From the NCBI GenBank assembly GCA_036918135.1, contig JBALDB010000015.1:64001-128000 (forward strand): DNA of 64,000 nucleotides. Reading direction: 5' to 3'. Below the pieces are notes generated by a model. That model was not told the DNA's origin and did no database searches. It was given only the letters and a program-made list of their open reading frames with translations. The DNA comes from Nostoc sp. GTDB lineage: Bacteria; Cyanobacteriota; Cyanobacteriia; Cyanobacteriales; Nostocaceae. Each line of letters starts with the position of its first letter. Position 1 is the stretch's first letter. Positions 10,808 through 21,051 of the stretch are shown in pieces. A program made the position numbers and the translations under genes.

Positions 10808-11914
10808 GTGGTGAAAAGCTTCAATAGTCTGTTTGGCAAATCAAATAAAGGGGTCGGCATTGAACTTGCTCCCGAACGGGTAAATATAGTTCAGCTACGC
10901 AAGCAGCGTCAAGGCTTGAAACTAGAAAACTTGACATCGGTAGCAGTTCCAGAAGGCGTAGTTACCGATGGTCAAATTACCGACCCTCCAGCAATGGCGC
11001 AGTTAATTCAGGAAGCGCTAGCCCAAAGCAAAATCAAAGCTTCTCGTGTTGCTACTGGTGTACCAGGGCGAGATTCTATCGTCCGTTTAATACCGGTGCC
11101 AGCAGAGTTAGATGACAAAGAACTGCGGGAAATGGTGCTAAACCATGAAGCAGGTTTGTATTTACCCTATCCTCGTGAAGAAGCTGATGTAGATTATCAG
11201 AAACTTGGGTACTTTGTGGATGAAGATGGCATTGAAAAAGTACAGGTACTCTTAGTTGCCACCCGCAAGGAGGTAACGGATACCTATATAAGTACATTTG
11301 AACAAGCAGGATTACAAATCGATGTTTTAGAAATTAACAGTTTTGCTCTGATTCGCACTATTCGCGAACAATTGCGACAATTTGGGCCGCAAGAAGCAGC
11401 AGTACTAGTTGATATAGAGTTTGACAGTACAGAAATTGCCATCATCGTTAACGGAGTACCGCAATTTTCCCGCACAGTACCTATAGGCACTTATCAAATG
11501 CAAACTGCTCTTGCTAGAGCAATGAGCTTACCCACATCGCGAGATATGGAACTGTTACAGGGGATGGTCATTACCCCAACTGTTATAGACGGTGGTAAAA
11601 CAGGCGTTACGGAACTCAATCCTGGGATGGCAGCCATCTTGAGAGTATTGGGAGAACTAACAGATGAATTGCGCCGTTCCATCGATTTTTACCTCAATCA
11701 AAGTGAAAATTTGGAGGTAGCGCAGATTTTATTAGCTGGGCCTGGAGGTGGACTCCAACAGCTTGATGAATTCTTTACCCAACGATTGAGCTTGCCAACT
11801 ATCCAAATAGATCCAATTGGGGCTTTGTCTTTGGAAGTCGATAGCGAGAAATATCCACAAGTACAACGCTCTGGGTTGGCGATTGTACTTGGTTTAGGAA
11901 TGCGGGAGGTGTAA
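10808..11914 (+). CDS. pilM: Type IV pilus assembly protein PilM
   Basis: Actin-like fold (VGIEL..., ELRRSIDFY, LAGPGG, LGLGMR); first gene of the pilMNOQ cluster. Confidence 0.95.
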   Translation: MVKSFNSLFGKSNKGVGIELAPERVNIVQLRKQRQGLKLENLTSVAVPEGVVTDGQITDPPAMAQLIQEALAQSKIKASRVATGVPGRDSIVRLIPVPAELDDKELREMVLNHEAGLYLPYPREEADVDYQKLGYFVDEDGIEKVQVLLVATRKEVTDTYISTFEQAGLQIDVLEINSFALIRTIREQLRQFGPQEAAVLVDIEFDSTEIAIIVNGVPQFSRTVPIGTYQMQTALARAMSLPTSRDMELLQGMVITPTVIDGGKTGVTELNPGMAAILRVLGELTDELRRSIDFYLNQSENLEVAQILLAGPGGGLQQLDEFFTQRLSLPTIQIDPIGALSLEVDSEKYPQVQRSGLAIVLGLGMREV

Positions 11915-12071
11915 TAACTAATTTTAGATTTGGGATTTTAATTTTGGATTGTCTATTTTGACAGTCACGCTTTTGAGATTTAGGATTTTAAATTCTGGAT
12001 TGTCTATTTTGACGATCGCACTGTTTGAGAATTCTCAAACCATAATATTTTTCTTTAGTTGGTGTGAGAAA

Positions 12072-12845
12072 ATGTACAGTTTGGATGTTAACTTTCTTAA
12101 AGACCGCCCAGCTTACCAAACAAAGCCTGACAAAAAGAGAGGAATGGCTCTAAGCCTTCCTGGAGGAAATTTAACACCAGTCTATATCGGAGCTGCATTA
12201 GGTGTAGGTCTTCCAGGTTTATTCGGAGTTGCTTGGTGGTTATTGCAAGGAAAGATTGTTGAATTAGAGGGCACGATAGCACAACTAGACCAGGAAAGCA
12301 AAAGACTAGATACACAAATCGGCAACCTGAATCAAATCAAAGCAGAGACGAGCACAATTAAAGGGGAAACTCAAGCTTTAGTTACTGTATTTGACCAGAT
12401 TCGACCTTGGTCAGCAATGTTGCAAGATTTGCGCGATCGCATTCCCGCAGCAGTGCAAATTGAGAATATCAGGCAAATTCCACCTATTGCGGTGGCGGAA
12501 GGTCAGCCACCCAACAATCCGGCTGGGGGATTAGAAATTACCGGATTAGCTCGTTCCTTTAACGATGTCAATGATTTCTTATTGAGTTTGCAACAGTCTC
12601 AGTTTTTAAAGTCCTCAGAAAGCAGAATTATTACTGCAACCTTAGTAGATGCCCCAGTTACATCGGGTGTAGCTGCGATTCCTGGTGTAATAATTAAGCC
12701 GCCCCAAGTCGTTAAATACACTATTCAATCTACTATGAACGATGTTCCAGCTTCAGAATTAATTCGGGAGTTGGAGAAAAAAGGCACAGTGGGGTTAGTA
12801 GCTCGAATTCGTACTATGCAACAAACAGGAGTCATTTCAAAATGA
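12072..12845 (+). CDS. pilN: Type IV pilus assembly protein PilN
   Basis: MYSLDVNFL (INLL-like) N-terminus, one TM helix, coiled coil, WSAMLQDL. ATG 12072 preferred because the upstream ORF extension is repeat DNA. Confidence 0.92.
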   Translation: MYSLDVNFLKDRPAYQTKPDKKRGMALSLPGGNLTPVYIGAALGVGLPGLFGVAWWLLQGKIVELEGTIAQLDQESKRLDTQIGNLNQIKAETSTIKGETQALVTVFDQIRPWSAMLQDLRDRIPAAVQIENIRQIPPIAVAEGQPPNNPAGGLEITGLARSFNDVNDFLLSLQQSQFLKSSESRIITATLVDAPVTSGVAAIPGVIIKPPQVVKYTIQSTMNDVPASELIRELEKKGTVGLVARIRTMQQTGVISK

Positions 12846-13606
12846 CGCTGAGTGATGATTTAAATTTTGCCGAACAAGCTGGAGAATTCGATGCACAAAC
12901 CCCAGCTTACCCCGTAGTATTAGGCATCGCTTTCACACCAAAAATTATTGGTATTTTATTAGGGCTAATTGGTATAGCAGGAGCAGGATATATATTATTA
13001 AACCTGTTGATGCCAGCTTGGGAAAGCTATCAGCAACAGCAAGCAAAAGCCTCCGAACTCCAAGGGCAAATCGAGCAAAAGAAACTTAATATCAAACAGA
13101 TTGATAAACTTAAAGAGGAACTAGCACAGGCAAAACAGCAAAAAGTTCAAGTTTTAGGCTTATTTGCTAATGAAAAAACTTTAGATACATTGCTGTTAGA
13201 TGTGAATCGCTTAGTTGAATCTGGTAATGCTCAAACTCCGATTAATGGAGTCAGAGCCAAACTCAAGAAGTTTGTACCAGTTTCTCAAAAACCAGAACCA
13301 ATTACTGATGGAAGTTTGGGAAAACAAGTTGACGGCAAACTAGAACGCAGCAGTATCAGTGCCGAAATTACAGGAACTTATGAACAAACACAATCAATAA
13401 TTCGTAACATTGAGCGTTTACAGCCTTTGTTGATAGTTAAAGATTATCAATCAACTTTAGCTCCATTAGAGGTTAGATCCCCACTAGATAAAACACCAGT
13501 GAAAGTGGGGCCAACAGAGATTAATACATCATTCCAATTACAGGCATTGATGCCACTTAGTCCTGAAGAAATAGCGGCGGCAGCTAAAACTGCTGCCAAA
13601 AAGTAA
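12842..13606 (+). CDS. pilO: Type IV pilus assembly protein PilO
   Basis: TM helix plus coiled coil, ITGTYEQTQSIIRNIERL; ATGA overlap with pilN. Confidence 0.88.
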   Translation: MTLSDDLNFAEQAGEFDAQTPAYPVVLGIAFTPKIIGILLGLIGIAGAGYILLNLLMPAWESYQQQQAKASELQGQIEQKKLNIKQIDKLKEELAQAKQQKVQVLGLFANEKTLDTLLLDVNRLVESGNAQTPINGVRAKLKKFVPVSQKPEPITDGSLGKQVDGKLERSSISAEITGTYEQTQSIIRNIERLQPLLIVKDYQSTLAPLEVRSPLDKTPVKVGPTEINTSFQLQALMPLSPEEIAAAAKTAAKK

Positions 13607-13613
13607 TTAGGGG

Positions 13614-13655
13614 TTATGAGTTATGAGTTATGAGTTATGAACTATAAGTTACGAG
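13614..13655 (+). repeat. STRR heptamer array (TTATGAG)n between pilO and pilQ
   Basis: TTATGAG TTATGAG TTATGAG TTATGAA CTATAAG TTACGAG. Confidence 0.85.
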
Positions 13656-13795
13656 CTATTATTTGTAACTATTCAATCCTAACTCTTCACTCCTAACTAA
13701 ATTATTCTTAACTCCTTACTTTTAAAACTCAACACTCATAGCCAACTGCCCAAAAATGTTTGTCAACAAGGTTTTATTTAGGTGAGGAATGAACT

Positions 13796-16174
13796 GTGAA
13801 ACAGCTTCACGGTAAGAATTTTATATTAGGTACTGCGGCTTTTGTCTTTTTGGCAGCTCAACCGGCTTGGGCACAAATGGCTCAAGTTACTAATGTGCAG
13901 TTAAATCCAGCTAATGGTGGAGTTAGCGTTGTTTTGAAAACTTCTTCAGGGTCGCGTCCCCAAGTTTTCACTACAAAAAGAGGTAAATCTTTAGTTGCAG
14001 ACATTATTAATACTCAATTACGATTACCACAAGGTAATAGTTTTCGTCAAGATAGTCCAGCGCCGGGAATTGCTTCGGTTGAGGTTAGTCAACTTGATGC
14101 CAATAGTGTCAGAGTGACGGTAACTGGTAGCAACAATACACCTAGTAGCCAACCAGCAGTGCGATCGCCAAATGGAATTACACTCAGCTTTAGCCCATCT
14201 TCTGGCACCACTGCTGCCTCACCAACGCCAATAACACCAATATCCACACCATCCCCTGCTTCTACCCCTGCCCAACCAAGTCAAAAGCCAGACATTCTCG
14301 TTCCCAACCCCCAAGTAACCATTGACGGACAACCTGCACAAGCTGCTGGCCCGGGTCAACCTGTGAGTCAGGCTCCACCTTTCTTACCCAGAGCCGTCGC
14401 CCCGCCAGTGGGAGATATTGCTATTTCCGCTACCGATGCTTCTCCTAGCAGCATTGACTTAGGAACTCAGGAACGTGTACCCCGTTTAGTACTGCGAGAT
14501 GCGCCGGTGCGTGAGGTTTTATCATTGCTTGCCCGTGCGGCTAATCTCAACCTGGCTTATGTTGGAAGCGAGCAAGGTGGTGGAGGTCAGCAAGGTGCTA
14601 CTGCATCAGCAACCTCTCAAACAATCTCTTTAGATATAGAAAACGAGCCAGTGCAAGATGTATTTAACTACGTCTTGCGCTTGAGTGGTTTAGAAGCTAA
14701 CCGCAGTAATCGCACAGTTTTTGTTGGGCCGAAACTACCTAATGCGACCCGTGACATGATTATGCGTAGCCTGCGACTTAATCAGGTATCAGTGGGAGTG
14801 GCTCTGAACTTTTTAGTCGGCTTGGGGGCAGAAAGTGCCGTTAGCCGCGAACGACAAGTTACCAGTGTTAGTGCCGTACCTGTAGGTAATGGAGTTGCTC
14901 CTATTACTCAAACTCAGACGACGACGGAAAGTAGAGTTGAAACCCAACGCGTTAATTTTACAGACTCTAGCCCATTACTTAGAGGTTTACAGGCATTGGG
15001 AGACGAGCGCACCAATTCTCTAACTTTGATCGGGCCTCCCAGACTAGTTGAGATGGCAATGTCTCAACTAACTCAGCTTGATATCCGGCGTCGTCAAGTG
15101 GTAGTCAACGTCAAGATTATTGATGTTAACCTCTTGAATACCCAAGACTACAACACTAGCTTTTCCTTTGGAGTTGGTAACAACTACTTTACGAATGACG
15201 GTGGTGCAGCATCTCTAAATTTTGGCGGTTCGAGACCAGCTACAAGAGCTGAAGCGTCAACCAGTATCACTACTACACCTACAACTGCTAATCCACTTCA
15301 AGGCTCAAATGTTTTTATAGACCCAAATACAGGAACAGCTACCGCTGGCGTAAACTCTAATCCTACACAACCAGGTATTACAGCATTTACACCAGGAACA
15401 AGTACAACTGCAATTGTCCCAACAGCGATCGATCCTGTTACTGGTACACCGACTCAGTTTCAGCAGCAAACCACGACAACCCCTGCAACAACCACATACG
15501 CGTTGCCTACCATATTCCAGTTCCCTAAGCGTCTTCTTGCCAGCTTGCAGGCTCAAGTCCAAAATGGCAACGCCAAGATTTTGACAGACCCGACGTTGAT
15601 TGTGCAAGAAGGTCAAACCGCTAATGTAAACCTGACTCAGGAAGTTGTAGGCAATATTAAAAGGGAAATCGTTCGCGACGATAATCTTGCTACAGAAACG
15701 ATTTCAGCGGAAAAAGACCGAGTAGGTTTAACCTTAGCTGTTAAAATTGACCGAATTGATGATAATGGTTTTGTTTCTCTATCGGTAGCTCCTGTTGTCA
15801 AAGCACCCCAAGCTCCAGCTACTATCAATGTTGGAGGTGGTGGTAGCCAACAAATATTCTTAGTGTCTGAGCGCTCTCTTAATTCTGGCTCGATTCGTCT
15901 GCGAGATGGTCAGACTCTAATTCTTTCAGGTATCATTCAAGATGCTGACCGGACAACTGTCTCCAAGATTCCTATTTTGGGCGATCTTCCGCTTATTGGT
16001 TCGCTGTTTAGAAGTACAAACAGACAAAACCAGCGCAATGAGGTGATTGTGTTGCTTACACCTCAAATTATGGATGACTCTGAGAACTCCTCTTATGGCT
16101 ATAACTACACCCCTAGCCCACAGGTGCGGCAAATTCTTGAGCGTCGGGGCTTGAAGATTCCTACCGGACAATAA
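13796..16174 (+). CDS. pilQ: Type IV pilus secretin PilQ (AMIN plus secretin domains)
   Basis: Signal peptide, LRDAPVREVL, DERTNSL, and secretin signature GQTLILSG...KIPILGDLPLIGSLFR. Confidence 0.96.
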   Translation: MKQLHGKNFILGTAAFVFLAAQPAWAQMAQVTNVQLNPANGGVSVVLKTSSGSRPQVFTTKRGKSLVADIINTQLRLPQGNSFRQDSPAPGIASVEVSQLDANSVRVTVTGSNNTPSSQPAVRSPNGITLSFSPSSGTTAASPTPITPISTPSPASTPAQPSQKPDILVPNPQVTIDGQPAQAAGPGQPVSQAPPFLPRAVAPPVGDIAISATDASPSSIDLGTQERVPRLVLRDAPVREVLSLLARAANLNLAYVGSEQGGGGQQGATASATSQTISLDIENEPVQDVFNYVLRLSGLEANRSNRTVFVGPKLPNATRDMIMRSLRLNQVSVGVALNFLVGLGAESAVSRERQVTSVSAVPVGNGVAPITQTQTTTESRVETQRVNFTDSSPLLRGLQALGDERTNSLTLIGPPRLVEMAMSQLTQLDIRRRQVVVNVKIIDVNLLNTQDYNTSFSFGVGNNYFTNDGGAASLNFGGSRPATRAEASTSITTTPTTANPLQGSNVFIDPNTGTATAGVNSNPTQPGITAFTPGTSTTAIVPTAIDPVTGTPTQFQQQTTTTPATTTYALPTIFQFPKRLLASLQAQVQNGNAKILTDPTLIVQEGQTANVNLTQEVVGNIKREIVRDDNLATETISAEKDRVGLTLAVKIDRIDDNGFVSLSVAPVVKAPQAPATINVGGGGSQQIFLVSERSLNSGSIRLRDGQTLILSGIIQDADRTTVSKIPILGDLPLIGSLFRSTNRQNQRNEVIVLLTPQIMDDSENSSYGYNYTPSPQVRQILERRGLKIPTGQ

Positions 16175-16273
16175 AGAGTAAGTGAGTCAACTCTGACTCA
16201 AATCCTCCCTACTTACTGTCAAGCAGTTCATAGTTAAATCCTGCTCGTTCTAAATCACAGAGTTTATTTGACT

Positions 16274-16296
16274 TCCCACGGCTTCAAGCTGTGGGA
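16274..16296. repeat. Short GC-rich hairpin resembling an IS200/IS605-family end; may act as the pilQ terminator
   Basis: TCCCACGGC-TTCAA-GCTGTGGGA. Confidence 0.4.
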
Positions 16297-16516
16297 TTAT
16301 TGTCTCGTCTAACCCATTTGTCTGAACAGGAGAAATAGTGATTTGAAAAAACGTGAGTTTTCAGCTTGTCAGCCAAGATTCAACAGATGATGTTCTGACT
16401 TGTTTAACTTTTGACTTGCTTATACACTGCCCACTTTATGATAGTAAGGCACTGCACAACATCAAAGGCGATCGCCTGATGGCATACCATTGAGATAGTT
16501 AGCAGTTAGTAATTCC

Positions 16517-16708
16517 ATGAGTATTCGTCAAGAATTTATAAGTGCGATTGAGCAACTAAATAATGACTAGTTAACAGTACTACTGGATTTGGCTCTTTGG
16601 CTCAAGAGTGGGAAAAAATCTGTTAATTCTATTGTTGAATTTCAGGCTTATCAGAATTGGGTAAGTTCTGAAAATGACATTTACGAGGAAGTATTTGCTA
16701 ATGAGTAG
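16517..16708 (+). pseudogene. Decayed small antitoxin-like (DUF2281-like) gene with an internal stop
   Basis: Frame reads MSIRQEFISAIEQLNND*LTVLLDLALWLK...AYQNWVSSENDIYEEVFANE*, with TAG at 16568-16570. Confidence 0.55.
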
Positions 16709-16966
16709 GTTGGGGAGCTACTGCCTTAGAAAGGTTTCGTGACAATCGTGCAAGTGGCGTTTGAGGAACAAAACCCAACATTATCAAGACTGTGTTCAAT
16801 TTCACTGTCGCTCAACCCAACTTATTTTTCTTGTTAACTAAAAAACCGTATTGGCTTTTACCTGATTTCAGAATAAATACTACCGAAACTCCCAAAATTT
16901 TGGAAAATAATAAAGGAAGTGAGTATCACAAGACTCACTTGATTTCCTCATTTATTCTAGGAAAAT

Positions 16967-19900
16967 ATGACTCATCCTTTCCTTGAACGCTTGCGTAGTC
17001 CAGATAGCCCAGTTCTTGTCTTCGACGGGGCCATGGGAACCAACCTGCAAACGCAAAACCTCACAGCAGAAGACTTTGGCGGCGCACAATATGAAGGTTG
17101 TAACGAATACCTAGTCCATAGCAAACCCGAAGCTGTGGCTAAAGTTCACCGCGACTTTCTCGCCGCTGGTGCTGATGTGATTGAAACGGATACCTTCGGC
17201 AGTACGTCCATTGTACTGACAGAATATGACTTGGCAGACAAAGCTTACTACCTCAGCAAGACAGCCGCAGAACTCGCCAAGCGTGTCGCTGCGGAGTTTT
17301 CTACTCCCGAAAAACCCCGGTTTGTGGCTGGTTCTATCGGCCCGACAACTAAACTCCCTACCTTGGGACATATTGACTTTGACACCATGAAAGCGTCTTT
17401 TGCCGAACAAGCAGAAGCGCTGTGGGATGGTGGTGTCGATTTATTTATTGTGGAAACTTGCCAAGATGTGCTGCAAATCAAAGCAGCGCTGAATGGGATT
17501 GAAGAAGTGTTTGCTAAAAAGGGCGATCGCCGTCCGTTGATGGTGTCTGTGACAATGGAAAGTATGGGCACAATGTTGGTGGGTTCAGAAATCAGCGCTG
17601 TGCTGACAATTTTAGAACCTTATCCAATTGACATTCTCGGTCTCAACTGCGCCACAGGCCCAGACTTGATGAAACCACATATCAAGTATCTAGCAGAACA
17701 TTCACCTTTTATTGTTTCCTGTATTCCTAATGCGGGTTTACCTGAGAATGTCGGCGGTCAAGCACACTACCGTTTGACTCCGTTGGAATTACGGATGGCA
17801 TTGATGCATTTCGTTGAAGATTTGGGTGTCCAAGTGATAGGGGGTTGCTGTGGGACACGTCCAGAACACATTCAACAATTAGCAGAAGTCGCCAAAGACT
17901 TGAAGCCAAAAGTTAGACATCCGAGTTTAGAACCAGCAGCAGCATCAATTTACGCTACTCAGGTATACGAGCAAGATAATTCTTTCTTAATTATCGGCGA
18001 ACGGCTCAACGCTAGTGGTTCTAAGAAGTGCCGCGATTTACTGAATGCTGAAGATTGGGATGGACTCGTCTCAATGGCAAGGGTGCAAGTCAAAGAAGGC
18101 GCACACATCCTTGATGTCAACGTCGATTATGTCGGACGTGACGGCGTGCGGGATATGCACGAACTAGTTTCGCGTCTTGTTAATAATGTGACATTACCTT
18201 TGATGCTTGACTCCACCGAATGGGAAAAAATGGAGGCAGGTTTAAAGGTTGCTGGCGGTAAGTGCTTACTTAACTCCACTAACTACGAAGACGGCGAACC
18301 GCGCTTTTTGAAAGTACTAGAATTGACGAAAAAGTACGGTGCTGGCGTCGTTATTGGTACTATTGACGAAGAAGGGATGGCACGGACAGCCGAGAAAAAG
18401 TTTCAAATTGCCCAACGCGCTTACCATCAAGCTGTAGAATACGGCATCCCTGCCACTGAAATATTCTTTGATACCTTAGCTCTACCAATTTCTACGGGGA
18501 TTGAAGAAGACCGAGAAAATGGCAAAGCCACCATTGAAGCCATTCGACGCATTCGCCAAGAATTACCTGGATGTCATGTAGTTTTAGGTGTTTCTAATAT
18601 TTCCTTCGGTTTGAATCCCGCAGCCCGGATAGTGCTGAACTCAGTGTTTTTACACGAGGCGACAACAGTGGGAATGGATGCAGCAATTGTCAGTGCTAAC
18701 AAGATTCTACCGTTGTCCAAAATTGAAGAACGTCACCAAGAAATCTGTCGTCAATTGATTTATGACCAGCGGAAATTTGAGGGTGATGTTTGTGTTTATG
18801 ACCCCTTGGCAGAGCTTACCACAGTATTTGCAGGAGTGATGACAAAACGCGATCGCTCCTTAGATGAAAGTCTCCCCATCCAAGAACGCCTCAAACGTCA
18901 TATCATTGACGGCGAACGCATTGGCTTAGAAGAAAATCTCACGAAAGCCTTAGAACAGTATCCCCCCTTAGAAATTATTAATACCTTCTTGCTAGATGGC
19001 ATGAAAGTTGTTGGGGAATTATTCGGTTCTGGACAAATGCAGTTACCTTTCGTTTTACAATCTGCCGAAACCATGAAATCGGCGGTGGCGTATTTAGAAC
19101 CGTTCATGGAAAAATCAGAATCAGGCAATAATGCCAAGGGAACCTTTATCATTGCCACAGTCAAAGGCGATGTCCACGACATTGGTAAAAACTTAGTGGA
19201 CATCATCTTGTCCAACAACGGCTACAAAGTAGTTAACCTGGGAATTAAACAGCCGGTGGAAAACATCATTCAAGCTTACCAGCAGCATCAAGCTGATTGT
19301 ATTGCCATGAGTGGTTTGCTAGTGAAATCCACCGCCTTCATGAAAGAGAATTTGGAAGTATTTAACGAAAAGGGAATTACCGTACCTGTGATTTTAGGCG
19401 GTGCGGCTTTGACTCCCAAATTTGTCCATGAAGATTGCCAAAACACCTATAAAGGTAAAGTAGTTTATGGCAAAGATGCCTTTTCTGACTTGCACTTCAT
19501 GGATAAACTAATACCCGCGAAGACTACAGGTAACTGGAATGATTTGCAAGGATTTTTAAACGAAGTTGCAACTTCTGAAATTTTGACAAATGGTCACAAA
19601 AAATCAGCAACCACTATTCAGGAAACAGTATTTACAGAATCAAAAGAGATAGATACTCGGCGTTCTGAGGCAGTAACCATAGATATTGAACGCCCAACAC
19701 CACCTTTCTGGGGAACACAACTATTACAGCCTAATGATATTCCTGTAGAGGAAGTATTCTGGTACTTAGATTTGCAGGCATTGATAGCTGGACAATGGCA
19801 ATTTCGCAAACCAAAAGAACAATCTAAGGAAGAATATGAAGCTTTTTTAGCTGAAAAAGTATACCCAGTTTTAGAAAGTTGGAAACAGCGGATTATTGAG

Positions 19901-20494
19901 GATAAATTATTGCATCCGCAAGGAATTTATGGTTATTTCCCTTGTCAAGCTGAAGGAAATTCTCTACACATATATAACTCAGAGAACCAATCACAACAGA
20001 TTGCAACTTTCGAGTTTCCCAGACAAAAGTCGTTAAGACGGCTATGCATAGCAGATTTCTTCGCACCAAAAGAGTCGGGAATTATTGATGTTTTCCCCAT
20101 GCAGGCGGTGACTGTAGGTGAAATTGCAACAGAATTTGCCCAAAAGCTCTTTGTAGATAATAAATACACTGATTATCTGTATTTTCACGGTATAGCTGTC
20201 CAGATGGCAGAGGCATTAGCAGAGTGGATACACGCTAGAATTCGTCGTGAATTAGGCTTTGGTGGTGAGGAACCGGGTAATATTCGGGATATATTGGCAC
20301 AACGCTATCGTGGTTCGCGGTATAGTTTTGGCTATCCTGCTTGTCCGAATATCCAAGACCAGTACAAGCAACTGGAGTTATTGCAGACTGACAGGATTAA
20401 CTTATATATGGATGAAAGCGAACAGCTTTATCCAGAACAGTCTACAACGGCGATTATTACTTATCACCCAGTAGCGAAGTACTTTAGCGCATAG
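16967..20494 (+). CDS. metH: Cobalamin-dependent methionine synthase
   Basis: DGAMGT, GGCCGT, pterin-binding GERLN, B12 motif [11 protein letters not shown], activation domain [10 protein letters not shown]. Confidence 0.98.
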   Translation: MTHPFLERLRSPDSPVLVFDGAMGTNLQTQNLTAEDFGGAQYEGCNEYLVHSKPEAVAKVHRDFLAAGADVIETDTFGSTSIVLTEYDLADKAYYLSKTAAELAKRVAAEFSTPEKPRFVAGSIGPTTKLPTLGHIDFDTMKASFAEQAEALWDGGVDLFIVETCQDVLQIKAALNGIEEVFAKKGDRRPLMVSVTMESMGTMLVGSEISAVLTILEPYPIDILGLNCATGPDLMKPHIKYLAEHSPFIVSCIPNAGLPENVGGQAHYRLTPLELRMALMHFVEDLGVQVIGGCCGTRPEHIQQLAEVAKDLKPKVRHPSLEPAAASIYATQVYEQDNSFLIIGERLNASGSKKCRDLLNAEDWDGLVSMARVQVKEGAHILDVNVDYVGRDGVRDMHELVSRLVNNVTLPLMLDSTEWEKMEAGLKVAGGKCLLNSTNYEDGEPRFLKVLELTKKYGAGVVIGTIDEEGMARTAEKKFQIAQRAYHQAVEYGIPATEIFFDTLALPISTGIEEDRENGKATIEAIRRIRQELPGCHVVLGVSNISFGLNPAARIVLNSVFLHEATTVGMDAAIVSANKILPLSKIEERHQEICRQLIYDQRKFEGDVCVYDPLAELTTVFAGVMTKRDRSLDESLPIQERLKRHIIDGERIGLEENLTKALEQYPPLEIINTFLLDGMKVVGELFGSGQMQLPFVLQSAETMKSAVAYLEPFMEKSESGNNAKGTFIIATVKGDVHDIGKNLVDIILSNNGYKVVNLGIKQPVENIIQAYQQHQADCIAMSGLLVKSTAFMKENLEVFNEKGITVPVILGGAALTPKFVHEDCQNTYKGKVVYGKDAFSDLHFMDKLIPAKTTGNWNDLQGFLNEVATSEILTNGHKKSATTIQETVFTESKEIDTRRSEAVTIDIERPTPPFWGTQLLQPNDIPVEEVFWYLDLQALIAGQWQFRKPKEQSKEEYEAFLAEKVYPVLESWKQRIIEDKLLHPQGIYGYFPCQAEGNSLHIYNSENQSQQIATFEFPRQKSLRRLCIADFFAPKESGIIDVFPMQAVTVGEIATEFAQKLFVDNKYTDYLYFHGIAVQMAEALAEWIHARIRRELGFGGEEPGNIRDILAQRYRGSRYSFGYPACPNIQDQYKQLELLQTDRINLYMDESEQLYPEQSTTAIITYHPVAKYFSA

Positions 20495-20565
20495 AATTTC
20501 ATACTCTCCTTGCTTGTGAAGAGTAGAAATTATAGGAGTTCTCAGTTGCACGTATAAGTTTTTCA

Positions 20566-20595
20566 TAGGGACGTACAGCTAGCTGTACGTCCCTA
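20566..20595. repeat. Perfect 30-bp REP-like palindrome
   Basis: TAGGGACGTACAGCT|AGCTGTACGTCCCTA. Confidence 0.85.
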
Positions 20596-21051
20596 CTAGT
20601 TAATTAGTAATGCTATACAAGATTTACGACTTCTATAACAAGTCAAGAATTTGAGGACAACATCTAATTATTTTGCACGGAACTGATATCTTTCCTTTAA
20701 GAAGTGGGTATTATAAGCTTGTTTTTCTAACATCATCTTTATAAATTGGTCTGTCAATAAAATACATTTCCGTAAATTTACTGTGAAGTTATACTTTTAT
20801 TCTTCTTCATAATTGATATAAATAACTTTAAAAAATCAGTATTTACCGGATAAAATGAACAATTTTTGAATGATATAACTTTAATAAATTGTCTCATTTT
20901 GTAGTTCATTTATTTTCAACTTCCTCAAACAAGATGTAATAGTTATATAAATTTAGTCTCAACTCTTGCTGGTCAAATTAATTGTCAGCAGAAACATCAA
21001 TTTTGAGAAAAATTAAAAATCTTCTAAAAATTACTTGACAGGGAAGCAGCT

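Noticed and set aside
11949..12071. N-terminal extension of PilN in the ORF track
   Set aside because: Encoded by the tandem repeat spacer; the PilN motif begins at ATG 12072.
13614..13745. Possible CRISPR array in repeat-rich intergenic regions
   Set aside because: Only heptamer STRRs and dispersed elements; no constant repeat with unique spacers and no cas genes.
13607..13795. Absence of pilP between pilO and pilQ
   Set aside because: pilMNOQ without a recognisable pilP is the normal cyanobacterial arrangement.
16180..16966. Cobalamin or SAM riboswitch upstream of metH
   Set aside because: No B12-box or SAM core motifs seen; the region is explained by repeats and a relic ORF.
20706..20714. 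GGGTATTAT as a J-box promoter for hpsA
   Set aside because: Three mismatches to GGGAATACT and about 340 bp from the start; too weak to call.
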